DNA of 64,000 nt from an uncultured virus (IMG/VR IMGVR_UViG_3300050821_007680) (Duplodnaviria; Heunggongvirae; Uroviricota; Caudoviricetes), in the IMG/VR virus record IMGVR_UViG_3300050821_007680, one strand, 5' to 3'. The notes below the pieces were generated by a model. That model did no database searches. It saw nothing but the letters and a program-made list of their open reading frames with translations, and was not told where the DNA came from. This document shows positions 7,999 through 17,459 of this stretch, piece by piece (position 1 is the first letter of the stretch; every line of letters begins with the position of its first letter). A program made the position numbers and the translations under genes.

Positions 7999-8237
7999 AC
8001 CTAACTAAAGACACAATCAACCAACTGGCAGAGCTTTGCGGCGAAACTTCCGGCGCATCATTTACAATTACCAGGCTCAAAGATAAAACATGGCAAGTTG
8101 CCTTTGTTAACTCCGGGCTGCTTAGAAATATCAAAGGAAAGGATATTGATGCCGTTCTTATTGAAGCTTGCCGGGAAATTAAGGATAAACGGATACCAAT
8201 TGAAACCGAATTAAGATACACTGTTTACGGGAATTAA
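7986..8237 (+). CDS. hypothetical protein
   Basis: Tightly packed ORF. Confidence 0.65.
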   Translation: MDKLNLTKDTINQLAELCGETSGASFTITRLKDKTWQVAFVNSGLLRNIKGKDIDAVLIEACREIKDKRIPIETELRYTVYGN

Positions 8238-8239
8238 TC

Positions 8240-8422
8240 ATGGATAAATTAACCTACATCACCCACGCCCAACGCCACCCACGCAAAAAACCAATAGGCT
8301 TCGTCGTGAAAGTCGGCGGGGTAACCTATTATGGGCCGGTATCGGCGGCATTGGCGAGGCATTATATTAATATTCATGGATTGGGAAATGCAACTTTAAA
8401 AGGAGTATATGGCAAAGTTTAA
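8240..8422 (+). CDS. hypothetical protein
   Basis: Tightly packed ORF. Confidence 0.55.
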   Translation: MDKLTYITHAQRHPRKKPIGFVVKVGGVTYYGPVSAALARHYINIHGLGNATLKGVYGKV

Positions 8423-8633
8423 ACTTAAAAAGGGCGACAAGATAATAGCTCGTCGTGCTGCACTAAGAGAGGAGGGAACTGGCAAAATATTATTTATCCC
8501 GGATGCCAACGAAAAGCCTCTTATTATTACAAAGGTGTGGTATCACGGCGTTAGGTGTCAAGGATTCGGATATGTTCACAACAATTGTATCTTATCAAAA
8601 ATAGAGGATACCCCTTACCAAGAGCCGTTTTGA
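8409..8633 (+). CDS. hypothetical protein
   Basis: Tightly packed ORF. Confidence 0.55.
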   Translation: MAKFKLKKGDKIIARRAALREEGTGKILFIPDANEKPLIITKVWYHGVRCQGFGYVHNNCILSKIEDTPYQEPF

Positions 8634-8698
8634 GGGCGGTTTACAAATGAAATGATCGGCATTGAGAATTTAATTAAATAATTAAGATAACTATAATA

Positions 8699-9484
8699 AT
8701 GGAAAAACAAACAGGACGGATCAGTAAGCGCAAGGACGTAAATACTGCTTCGAGCTTGCCGGAAATCGGTAAGATTAAAATTGGCGAAAAGAAAACAAAT
8801 TCAGCGGGGAAAGAATACCCGTCTGCGTTAGATTACTTTCGCCCTACAGGCACATTTGCCAATGAGTTCACAAAATTGTTCGGGCAAAAGCCAAAGGAAC
8901 TAAAGGTTGCCTTTATCAGCAATGAATTATCAGAGGTTTGTAACCAGCGTTTTGAATGTTGGGAAAACGGCAAGCGTTGGGGATATTCTGACGGTGAAAA
9001 TTACACCGTTTGGGATAAAACCGCAAACGGCAACAAAGGGGCATATCGTGAAATATTGGCCGACACCCCGGAGAACCAGGCACTAATCAAATCGGTAGGC
9101 AAGTGGGATGAAATGCTAACTTTGCGATTTGTATTACTTGAAATGAAGGGCATAATGGGGTATTGGCGATTTGAAACCAAGGCAAAGGCAGTAACCATCC
9201 CGTCAATTATAAAGTCTTTCGACCTTGTAAAAGAACGTGCAGGCTCAATTATAGGTTTCCCGTTCAGCCTGATGATCGAAAAGAAAATAGGTTACAACCC
9301 CGGCGAAGCAAAAAGCTACCCCGTTGTTTCTCTTGTTCCTAATTTTACAGAGGATACGCTTGAAATGGTAAGGCAGTACATTGATATGGGTGGTAATATG
9401 AACCGCATAACAACAAAGATGATCGAGCAGGAACAATTATTGTCTGCTAAGACTTTAGAGATTGGGGGGGGAGATAAGAAATGA
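8699..9484 (+). CDS. Gp3-like / recombination directionality factor-like protein
   Basis: LPEIGKIKIGEK...YPSALDYF N-terminus; L.F.L....G.W.F.TK and GFPF.L patterns. Confidence 0.6.
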   Translation: MEKQTGRISKRKDVNTASSLPEIGKIKIGEKKTNSAGKEYPSALDYFRPTGTFANEFTKLFGQKPKELKVAFISNELSEVCNQRFECWENGKRWGYSDGENYTVWDKTANGNKGAYREILADTPENQALIKSVGKWDEMLTLRFVLLEMKGIMGYWRFETKAKAVTIPSIIKSFDLVKERAGSIIGFPFSLMIEKKIGYNPGEAKSYPVVSLVPNFTEDTLEMVRQYIDMGGNMNRITTKMIEQEQLLSAKTLEIGGGDKK

Positions 9485-10455
9485 ACCACGAACTTGTAAA
9501 CACCGAATGGTTTAACCAAGATGCCCTGCGACTACCCAATTACAAAGTAGGTCGGGTATCGTACGGCGATTATGGCCGTTCGTACATCCGCATAAACGAG
9601 GATGGCACAATAGAGCAACCCTTCCGCCTGTACACATCGCTCACTACGGCGATAAACACATGCTCGCCGATGGAGCAAGGATTGCTTGAATGGTATACCA
9701 AAAACGGAATGGTCGAGGCTAAACGTCTTTTGAAAGACAGCCAAATGTACGGCACTTTGATGCACCAAATGTTCGGCGAATACCTTATATCAAACCGGAT
9801 TGACTTCGCAACCATACAGGACACCATTGATGCTTATTGCGGCGAACACCATTATTATTCACCCGAAGTGCCGGGTTGGAATAGGAAACTAAAATCCGAT
9901 ATTGCCGCCTTTTGTTATTTTTGCAAAGAGCGGAATGTTACGCCGCTGGGCATTGAGTATGTGCTGTTATCCGATAAGGGCTTCGGCACATTGATAGATT
10001 TGGTTTGTGAAATGGATATATCCGAAACCTATGCAAGCGGCGCAAATAAAGGGCAACCAAAAGAAAGCAAGCGGCGCAAACGCATCCGGGCAATTATTAA
10101 TTTCAAATCAGGGCGGCATGCTTTTTATCGTTCAAATGGTATTCAGATCGAATGCGAAAAACAACTTTGGGAAGAAAACTTTCCCGACTTGCCATTAGAT
10201 GCTGCCTTTAACTGGTCGCCGAAAGAATGGGGTATTAATCCAGGATACAACCTGAAAGACTGGGTTGGCGAAATTACACAACAGGAAATTGATGCTGTGT
10301 TATCGCTGGCTGAAATTCGTTTTGGCATGAAAGCAATTAATAAACAATATGTCGATATTTACGGTACGCAATGGCGTGACCGGGATTTAACATGTGTGCA
10401 TATACAGGGGGTTGAGGAATATTGTTTGAAGAACTTCAGTAACGTTCCAGTTTGA
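9481..10455 (+). CDS. PD-(D/E)xK-like (Cas4/exonuclease-like) protein
   Basis: YGTLMH, GIEYVL, GFGTLIDLV, IINFKSG, IQ. Confidence 0.7.
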   Translation: MNHELVNTEWFNQDALRLPNYKVGRVSYGDYGRSYIRINEDGTIEQPFRLYTSLTTAINTCSPMEQGLLEWYTKNGMVEAKRLLKDSQMYGTLMHQMFGEYLISNRIDFATIQDTIDAYCGEHHYYSPEVPGWNRKLKSDIAAFCYFCKERNVTPLGIEYVLLSDKGFGTLIDLVCEMDISETYASGANKGQPKESKRRKRIRAIINFKSGRHAFYRSNGIQIECEKQLWEENFPDLPLDAAFNWSPKEWGINPGYNLKDWVGEITQQEIDAVLSLAEIRFGMKAINKQYVDIYGTQWRDRDLTCVHIQGVEEYCLKNFSNVPV

Positions 10456-10493
10456 TTTAACCCCCTTTGCTAAATTTTAAAAAAGGAAATAAA

Positions 10494-11087
10494 ATGAACC
10501 TATTACAAGCATCCGAAATAGCACAAGGCATTGTCAGCAAACTTTCGCCATTTTGCGAAAAGATAAACATAGCCGGATCAATTCGTCGCAAAAAGCCGGA
10601 TGTAAGGGACATTGAAATAGTTTGCTTGCCGAAAACTCAAATTGTTAATAGTTCTGACTTATTTGGAACGGCCCTGCAAAACAGTCAAATTGATGTTGAC
10701 TTTATATTAAACGTTGGTATGCTTGGCAAAATTGAAAAGGGTTCGGCAAGTGGACGTTATTGCAAAATTACTTTACCCCATGAAATCGCACTCGACTTAT
10801 TCATTCCAGATGCGCCGGATTATTACAGGCAATTTGCCATACGAACCGGCTCGGCTGATTATTCGTTTAAAGTAATTGCTCGGGGATGGCGTAAAATAGG
10901 TTGGGTTGGTTCTGATTTAGGGTTAAGACTTGAAAAGGATTGCGTTGAAACGAAAACTCCTGACGGCAAATCGAAATGGACTTGTGTTCGTGATAAGAAC
11001 AATAGGCCCCCTATTTGGCAAAGCGAACAGGAATTTTTTGAATGGATTAAAGTTCCTTTTATTTCACCTGAATTGAGAAATTTATGA
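10494..11087 (+). CDS. Minimal family X DNA polymerase / Pol-beta nucleotidyltransferase
   Basis: IAGSIRR...DIEIV, LDLF, RTGSA, EQEFFEWI.VPFISPELR. Confidence 0.88.
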   Translation: MNLLQASEIAQGIVSKLSPFCEKINIAGSIRRKKPDVRDIEIVCLPKTQIVNSSDLFGTALQNSQIDVDFILNVGMLGKIEKGSASGRYCKITLPHEIALDLFIPDAPDYYRQFAIRTGSADYSFKVIARGWRKIGWVGSDLGLRLEKDCVETKTPDGKSKWTCVRDKNNRPPIWQSEQEFFEWIKVPFISPELRNL

Positions 11088-11359
11088 AATTTATAACTGA
11101 GCAGCCCGAACGACAATCCCTTACCGATACCGAAAAGCTAATGTCAAACCGCCTGTCAACACAAGTAACATTTTTGCCGGGCAGCTATGATAAGCGTTTT
11201 TGTTCAGGATTGCCTTTAAATGGCAAATATACTGAACGGCAAATTGCCTATATTCATAAATGTTTTCATAAATACCGTAGACAGATTAAGGATTACGAAA
11301 CCATAAAACAACGACTTGCTATGAATGAAAAGCTTATGCCTAATTTTAGAGGGGAATGA
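11084..11359 (+). CDS. hypothetical protein
   Basis: TFLPGSYDKRF...KYRRQI; coupled overlaps. Confidence 0.7.
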   Translation: MKFITEQPERQSLTDTEKLMSNRLSTQVTFLPGSYDKRFCSGLPLNGKYTERQIAYIHKCFHKYRRQIKDYETIKQRLAMNEKLMPNFRGE

Positions 11360-11925
11360 GCTATAGTATTATTTACGCCGATCCGCCGTGGGCGTATAAA
11401 GTTTGGAGTAAAAAGGGAAACGGAAGATCCGCCGAGTCTCATTATTTAACGATGAAAGATGTGTCTATTATTGATATTTCCAAAATAGCAAATAAGAATT
11501 GCGTATTATTTATGTGGGCAACATTCCCATGTTTACAGGAGGCTATTGAATTAGGTAAGAAGTGGGGTTTTACCTATAAAACAGTTGCCTTTACCTGGGT
11601 GAAGAAAAATAAAAAAAATAAGGCTAATTTCTTTGGAATGGGGTATTACACTCGTGCAAATGCAGAAATATGCCTGTTATTTACAAAAGGCAAGCCATTA
11701 AAAAGAATGTCAAAATCGGTTGCTCAAATTATCGAACACCCCGTTTGTGCGCATTCAGCAAAGCCAGGTATCGCACGTAAAAGAATTGTTGAATTATTTG
11801 GAGATATACCACGCATAGAACTATTTGCACGTACTCGTAATGACTTATTTGGAAATTACGAATATGACGGTTGGGATATTTTTGGCAATGAAGCCGCGGG
11901 TAATAATGTAATTATTTTGCAATGA
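11356..11925 (+). CDS. MT-A70-family DNA N6-adenine methyltransferase
   Basis: IYADPPW, LFMWAT, FTWVK, GYYTRANAE, HSAKP, IELFAR. Confidence 0.93.
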   Translation: MSYSIIYADPPWAYKVWSKKGNGRSAESHYLTMKDVSIIDISKIANKNCVLFMWATFPCLQEAIELGKKWGFTYKTVAFTWVKKNKKNKANFFGMGYYTRANAEICLLFTKGKPLKRMSKSVAQIIEHPVCAHSAKPGIARKRIVELFGDIPRIELFARTRNDLFGNYEYDGWDIFGNEAAGNNVIILQ

Positions 11926-12131
11926 CAGATAATTACCCCTACACCACATCCGGCCTCGAACTGCTGAAATACGCCGAATCGCTAAGCGAAGAATACAAAG
12001 AGGTTGCTTGCAAGGAGAGCGGCATTCATTACCAGCCAAAGATTTATACCTGTACGAAAAAGGACTGTTATTTTTGCGGGTATAGAAAGCCGGTGGAAAG
12101 GGAAACGCCATTGACGCTCACTGGATATTAA
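11922..12131 (+). CDS. Small Cys-containing hypothetical protein
   Basis: ATGA overlap; CTKKDCYFC. Confidence 0.55.
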   Translation: MTDNYPYTTSGLELLKYAESLSEEYKEVACKESGIHYQPKIYTCTKKDCYFCGYRKPVERETPLTLTGY

Positions 12132-13174
12132 AAGATAGTATATTCACTAAAGATAAAGGTACTATTTTTAGCTGCTTTGCTTGTGGAGGTGGCTCTACGA
12201 TGGGTTATAAGCTTGCTGGATTTGACGTTATTGGATGCAATGAGATCGACCCCAAAATGATGAAATGTTATATCGAAAATCACCATCCGAAATACTCGTT
12301 TTTAGAAGATATAAGAACTTTTAAGGCACGTAAAGATTTGCCGGAAGAATTATACCACCTGGATATATTGGATGGATCTCCGCCATGCAGTTCGTTTTCA
12401 ATAGCCGGTAATCGTGAAAAAGACTGGGGGAAAGAAAAGGTTTTTTCAGAAGGGCAAAAACTACAGGTTTTAGATACTTTGTTTTTTGACTTTATAGATT
12501 TGGCGAAAGAACTACAGCCCAAAATTGTAATTGCCGAAAACGTACAAGGGTTATTGCAAGGAAATGCCTTTGCCTATGTTCATAAAATTTACAGGCAATT
12601 TGAAGATGCAGGATATATTGTACAACACTTTTTATTGGATGCTTCAAAAATGGGTGTACCACAAAGGCGTAAACGCGTGTTCTTTATTTGCTTGCGGAAG
12701 GATTTATTGCCTAAATTGGCAACCTTTGATTTGTTTGGAAAAATACCTAAGTTGGATTTGATGTTTAGGGAAAAAATGATCCCAACATCTGAATTTAACG
12801 ATTATTTAGGTATGCCAATTACAGAACATGCTTTAAAAGCATGGAATAGCAGAAAGCCGCATCATACAAAAATTAGTCAATCCAAAAAAGATGCAGGAAT
12901 GAAACAAAACGATTTTAACTGTAAATTCATTAAGTCAAAACAACCACATTCAACATTACTAGCAAATAGGTATCATTCTCATATTCATTATGATAAACCT
13001 ATTTATATCAGTAGAAATGAATTTCTACTTGGTTCATCATTTCCCTTAGATTATAAAATGGTGAATTTGCCATTTTATTATGTTCCCGGCATGTCAGTAC
13101 CCCCTGTCATGATTGCCCAAATAGCAACACGTATTTACGATCAATGGTTATGCTTGTTAAAAGATGAAAAATAG
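12110..13174 (+). CDS. DNA cytosine-5 methyltransferase (start uncertain; motif I lies upstream of the first ATG at 12200)
   Basis: In-frame FSCFACGGGSTMG, GSPPC, AENV, GVPQRRKRVF, GMSVPP. Confidence 0.88.
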   Translation: MDAHWILKDSIFTKDKGTIFSCFACGGGSTMGYKLAGFDVIGCNEIDPKMMKCYIENHHPKYSFLEDIRTFKARKDLPEELYHLDILDGSPPCSSFSIAGNREKDWGKEKVFSEGQKLQVLDTLFFDFIDLAKELQPKIVIAENVQGLLQGNAFAYVHKIYRQFEDAGYIVQHFLLDASKMGVPQRRKRVFFICLRKDLLPKLATFDLFGKIPKLDLMFREKMIPTSEFNDYLGMPITEHALKAWNSRKPHHTKISQSKKDAGMKQNDFNCKFIKSKQPHSTLLANRYHSHIHYDKPIYISRNEFLLGSSFPLDYKMVNLPFYYVPGMSVPPVMIAQIATRIYDQWLCLLKDEK

Positions 13175-13253
13175 TTATGAACAGATGAGGGAAATTCGGT
13201 AAGTTTTATTATATTTAAAACCCGGTTCAGCGCACGCTTGCCAGCTCATTTTG

Positions 13254-13367
13254 AAGTGACTTTTTGTATTGGATAAAAAAAGTTACTTTTGTGTTAGTTA
13301 AAAAGATTTTAACAAATCCCGGCAGGTTTAAGGTTGCTCCAATCAACCACCTGTACCGGGCTTTTTT
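13254..13367 (+). promoter_or_regulatory. Two-hairpin leader RNA with complementary loops, ending in a terminator-like hairpin
   Basis: Loop ATTGGA (13268-73) is the reverse complement of loop TCCAAT (13338-43); T6 tail. Confidence 0.7.
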
Positions 13368-13426
13368 ATGCGAACTCGGCGGAATCAAACCGCTGTCGGC
13401 GGCAATTAAAACCCTACTATTCATAT

Positions 13427-14398
13427 ATGTCCCTATCCGATCTTAAATTCGTAAAACAGCAAGCCAATATAGTTGAGGTTATCGGCCATTTTGTTCCAAT
13501 AAAAAAGAAGGGAGTTGAATATGTCGGCATGTCGCCATTTTCAAATGAACGCACACCTTCTTTTTATGTCAATCCAGTTAAGAACATATTTAAATGCTTT
13601 TCAAGCGGAGAAAGTGGGGATGTTATAGATTTTGTTGTGAAACATAAGAGTATATCACAGCGAGAGGCTATACAATGGATACGGGATTTTTACAACATGC
13701 CGCCGAAAGATAATGAATGGCGATTTATCCCGCCGCCGCCGCGTCCTATCTCGTATATTCCCTATAGCACCTTTTCAAAAACAATAGATACCGGGCATAA
13801 AAATTATTTCCGCGATTGGTTGGGTCGCGTCCTTGACCCGGTTGCGGCCTGGGGTTTATTGCAAGCATACAAGGTTGGAACATCTAAGCATTGGCCCGGT
13901 GCCTGTATATTTTGGCAGGTTGATTTACAAGGCCGGATAAGATCGGGTAAGATTATGGTTTATAATCCCGAAACGGGCAAGCGCATCCGCTCTCCCGAAC
14001 CGTTAATTACATGGGTGCATAAGGCAGCTAAATTGCAAAATTTTAATCTTTCAATTTGCCTTTTTGGTGAACACCTGCTAAATACGTCCCCGCCAGCTAA
14101 AACGGTTTGTATTGTAGAGTCTGAAAAATCAGCAATCCTTGCAGCTGCTATTTATCCAAAATTTATTTGGCTTGCTTCGGGATCATTAACTAATTTATCT
14201 TTTGAGCGGTGTAAATGTCTTTCCGGACGAAATATTAGGCTTTATCCTGACGTTGGCGGTGAAATTCAATGGGAAGAAAAAAGAAAGCAGTTAGCCGAAC
14301 TCATACCTAATGCTTCTTGGGAGTTGCACCCATTAACCGGCAACACATTCCCAAAGGGATATGATTTATGTGATTACATTTTAGATAATTGTTTATGA
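13427..14398 (+). CDS. DNA primase (CHC2-type Zn-finger domain plus DUF6371/TOPRIM-like domain)
   Basis: SPFSNERTPSF..FKCFSSGESGD, FWQVD..G.IRSGKIM.Y, LFGEHL, VESEKSA, YPD, DLCD. Confidence 0.88.
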   Translation: MSLSDLKFVKQQANIVEVIGHFVPIKKKGVEYVGMSPFSNERTPSFYVNPVKNIFKCFSSGESGDVIDFVVKHKSISQREAIQWIRDFYNMPPKDNEWRFIPPPPRPISYIPYSTFSKTIDTGHKNYFRDWLGRVLDPVAAWGLLQAYKVGTSKHWPGACIFWQVDLQGRIRSGKIMVYNPETGKRIRSPEPLITWVHKAAKLQNFNLSICLFGEHLLNTSPPAKTVCIVESEKSAILAAAIYPKFIWLASGSLTNLSFERCKCLSGRNIRLYPDVGGEIQWEEKRKQLAELIPNASWELHPLTGNTFPKGYDLCDYILDNCL

Positions 14399-15837
14399 CG
14401 GCACAAACACTGGGAATAACACCATATCCCGATCAAATTGAATTTACGAATAAGATAATATCTAAATTAGCGGACGGTTATATGAGGGTTTGCGCACAGT
14501 TGGCCACTGGAGGCGGCAAGACGGTAGTTTTTTCTTATCTAATTTCCCGTTACATCGCAAAGTCACCCTCCGCAAAAATATGCATACTTGTTCATCGCAC
14601 CGAATTGGAGGCACAAACAAAGCGTATATTGCGTGAATTTGGGTTAAATGGCGTTCGCGTTGAAATGGTCGAAACTTTTAATAATCAATTAAAAAAACAT
14701 GCCGAATCAATGAGGTATGATATGTTGATAGTAGACGAATGCCATATAGCTAATCACTTTAAAGTTATAACTCATTTTAAGGAATTACAACCCGAATGCC
14801 TGGTGCTGGGGTTTTCGGCCACGCCAATTGCCGCATCAAAGAAAACGCCGCTTAAATCGTTTTTTCAAACCATTGTAGTTGGAACTGAAATTAACAAGTT
14901 AATTTCTATGAAGCGGCTTTGCCCCGCTATACACTATTCGCCAACTACCGAACCTATCGGTAAAATCGGCATGTCTGGCGGCGATTATAATCTCGCTGCT
15001 ATGGGGATTGAGTTTTCAAAGCCAAGATTGGTTGAGGCTATTGTCGATGCCTATAGCAAATATGCGGCTGGTAAAAAATGCCTGATATTTAATACAACTA
15101 TTGAGCATTCAAATTTGGTTAATGAGGCATTTAGAAACGCCGGGTATACGAATACACGCAGCATTGACAGTAAATCGGTTACCGATGAAATACGCTCAGA
15201 AACATTTCGCTGGCTCCGTACTACGCCTGGTGCTATTCTATCTAACGTTGGAATAGCCACAACAGGCTTTGACGACCCGTCAATTGAAGCGATTATTTTT
15301 AATCGTAAAACGAAGTCATTGCCGCTTTGGCTACAATGTTGTGGCCGGGGTGCGCGGGTAAGTCCTGATCCTAATATTGATAAGCCTTACTTTCTCATTA
15401 TTGATTTAGGTGATAATATTGCCGGTGAGGGTTTTGGCCATTGGAATGAGCGTCACGATTGGGAACAATATTTCTTTCATCCAGATACAGCCCGCGAAGG
15501 GGTTGCGCCAATGAAAAAATGTCCTGAATGTGATGCGCGGATATATATGAGCTCAACTGAATGCCGTTGGTGCGGCCATTTAATGCCGCGAAAGACTGTT
15601 TATACTGATATGGTATTATCACTCTCTATTTTGCCCGAAAAAGGTATTAAGCGCAATAGCCACGATGCGCTAATGAAGGCTATTGAATTTGCCGCTGAAC
15701 AGGTTCGAAAACAACGGGTGACGTATAATGAAAAGCGGGAATTAATGTTTTATGCTTTTCAGGAACTTTATAAGCGTAGTAGTTTTGAGCCACGCGATCA
15801 TATTATTTCTCACTTGGTGTCTGTTTATGGAAAATAA
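14395..15837 (+). CDS. Superfamily 2 DExH helicase (RadD/YejH-like) with a C-terminal Zn ribbon
   Basis: TGGGKT, DECH, SATP, TTGFD, QCCGRGAR, CPEC..CRWC. Confidence 0.92.
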   Translation: MTAQTLGITPYPDQIEFTNKIISKLADGYMRVCAQLATGGGKTVVFSYLISRYIAKSPSAKICILVHRTELEAQTKRILREFGLNGVRVEMVETFNNQLKKHAESMRYDMLIVDECHIANHFKVITHFKELQPECLVLGFSATPIAASKKTPLKSFFQTIVVGTEINKLISMKRLCPAIHYSPTTEPIGKIGMSGGDYNLAAMGIEFSKPRLVEAIVDAYSKYAAGKKCLIFNTTIEHSNLVNEAFRNAGYTNTRSIDSKSVTDEIRSETFRWLRTTPGAILSNVGIATTGFDDPSIEAIIFNRKTKSLPLWLQCCGRGARVSPDPNIDKPYFLIIDLGDNIAGEGFGHWNERHDWEQYFFHPDTAREGVAPMKKCPECDARIYMSSTECRWCGHLMPRKTVYTDMVLSLSILPEKGIKRNSHDALMKAIEFAAEQVRKQRVTYNEKRELMFYAFQELYKRSSFEPRDHIISHLVSVYGK

Positions 15838-15858
15838 TTTTGTATATTTAAATGCAAA

Positions 15859-15959
15859 AAACATATCAAATCTATGCCGTAGGACGCGTATATTTGATGT
15901 GTTTAGGTTTATAATTAAATTGCCCGGTCGCCCGTCCTACTTTAGCGCCGGGCTTTTTT
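15859..15959 (+). promoter_or_regulatory. Two-hairpin leader RNA with complementary loops, ending in a terminator-like hairpin
   Basis: Loop GTAGGAC (15879-85) is the reverse complement of loop GTCCTAC (15934-40); T6 tail. Confidence 0.75.
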
Positions 15960-15998
15960 ACCTCTAATAATTATGTGTGAACCTAATGTTATTGTTTT

Positions 15999-17459
15999 AT
16001 GAGTCAAAAGTTAACAATTGCTCATATTGCGGCCGAGCGTCAGTTTAAACATACAACTTTATACAAGTCAAAAGCTAATGGCGGATTTGAATGGGATTTA
16101 CCCAATCTTCATTTCTTTTATACAGAACGGGGATATTTTATTTATCGAACATCTATTGACCGATTCGTTCCGATAAGAGTAATTGATAATATAGTTAAGA
16201 TAGCGGGTAAAAAGGAGTTGGTCGATGAAATTCTTAATTTCCTTTTAAATATTGATGAATGCCCCCCACATATACACCAATTTGCATTAAAAGAAATATC
16301 AAAAGCTACTTCCGATGATTTTCTTATCACATTGCCTGAAAAACAGGTAGAATTTAGAAAGGATCGGAAAGACGCTATACAACTTTATTTTCAAAATTGT
16401 ATAGTAAAAATAACAGCAGACAAAGTCACCGAGCACCCATATACCGATCTCAATGGCTTTATTTGGGAAAGTCAGATATTGCCAAGAGAGTATAAAGCCC
16501 AGCAAATAAATCCATCCGCTAATTTTTCAACATTTATTTCCAATATAGCAAATAATGATCAATCCAGGGTTAATGCGCTTTGTGCTGCTTTTGGTTTTTA
16601 TCTTCATAATTATAAAGATGCTGATTATTGCCCGGCCGTCATTTTAAACGATGAAATTATATCGGATAACCCGGAGGGGGGCACCGGTAAGAGTTTGTTT
16701 TTTGAAGCCATATCATATTTTATAAAAACTGAAATTTTTGACGGTGAACTTTTTTCTTTTGAGAAGGGATTTTTATATCAACGAATTAAGCCCGATACCA
16801 GATTGGTTTTTTTCGATGATACTAAAAAAGGATTTAAATTTGAAAAACTTAAGAGCTTTCTAACTGGAGGAGTAACAACTGAAAAAAAGGGAAAAGATGA
16901 AATTTACATTCCATTTATAGATTCCCCAAAAGTTGGAATAGCGACGAATTACGCCATTAATAATTCTGGTAACTCATTAGAACGTCGAAGCCTCGAGCTT
17001 GAAATAAGTCAATATTATAATAAAAAACGTAAACCTAAACACGAATTCGGGCATATGATGTTTACTGGCTGGGACCAGGCAGGGAAAGAGTGGATACAAT
17101 TTGATAATTATGCTATTCGCTGTTGTCAGTTATTTCTTTCGCATGGTCTTATTGAGCAGGTTTTAATAAACTTACCAGAAAAAAAATTACACTCACAAAC
17201 AAACTCTCAATTTCTTGAATTCATGGAGGATTTTAAATTTGAATATGAAATTTCAAAAAAAGGGATGCTGGATCAGTTTTTAGCTTATTGCCCAAAATAT
17301 AAAAACGCAGATTGGTTGACAGTTAATTTTTTCACTAAGTGGGTAACGATTTATTGTGACTTTCATAAAATATCACTTGACACTACCGGCCGTGACAAAT
17401 CAGGAAGCATCAGGGTATATAAGTTTGATAACTTCCCCATTACTGTCCCGGTTTTCTGA
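15999..17459 (+). CDS. Replicative P-loop helicase (SF3/D5-like)
   Basis: GGTGKS Walker A, VFFDD Walker B, IATN, SLERR. Confidence 0.85.
   Translation: MSQKLTIAHIAAERQFKHTTLYKSKANGGFEWDLPNLHFFYTERGYFIYRTSIDRFVPIRVIDNIVKIAGKKELVDEILNFLLNIDECPPHIHQFALKEISKATSDDFLITLPEKQVEFRKDRKDAIQLYFQNCIVKITADKVTEHPYTDLNGFIWESQILPREYKAQQINPSANFSTFISNIANNDQSRVNALCAAFGFYLHNYKDADYCPAVILNDEIISDNPEGGTGKSLFFEAISYFIKTEIFDGELFSFEKGFLYQRIKPDTRLVFFDDTKKGFKFEKLKSFLTGGVTTEKKGKDEIYIPFIDSPKVGIATNYAINNSGNSLERRSLELEISQYYNKKRKPKHEFGHMMFTGWDQAGKEWIQFDNYAIRCCQLFLSHGLIEQVLINLPEKKLHSQTNSQFLEFMEDFKFEYEISKKGMLDQFLAYCPKYKNADWLTVNFFTKWVTIYCDFHKISLDTTGRDKSGSIRVYKFDNFPITVPVF

Noticed and set aside
12100..12106. GGGAAAC slippery heptamer as the cause of the MTase frameshift
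   Set aside because: Its codons are in the MTase frame, not the upstream ORF frame, so it cannot mediate the required -1 shift
13284..13291. TACTTTTG as the primase promoter
   Set aside because: It lies inside the 3' strand of hairpin A; the upstream TATATTTA shared with the helicase leader is preferred, though this site is not fully excluded
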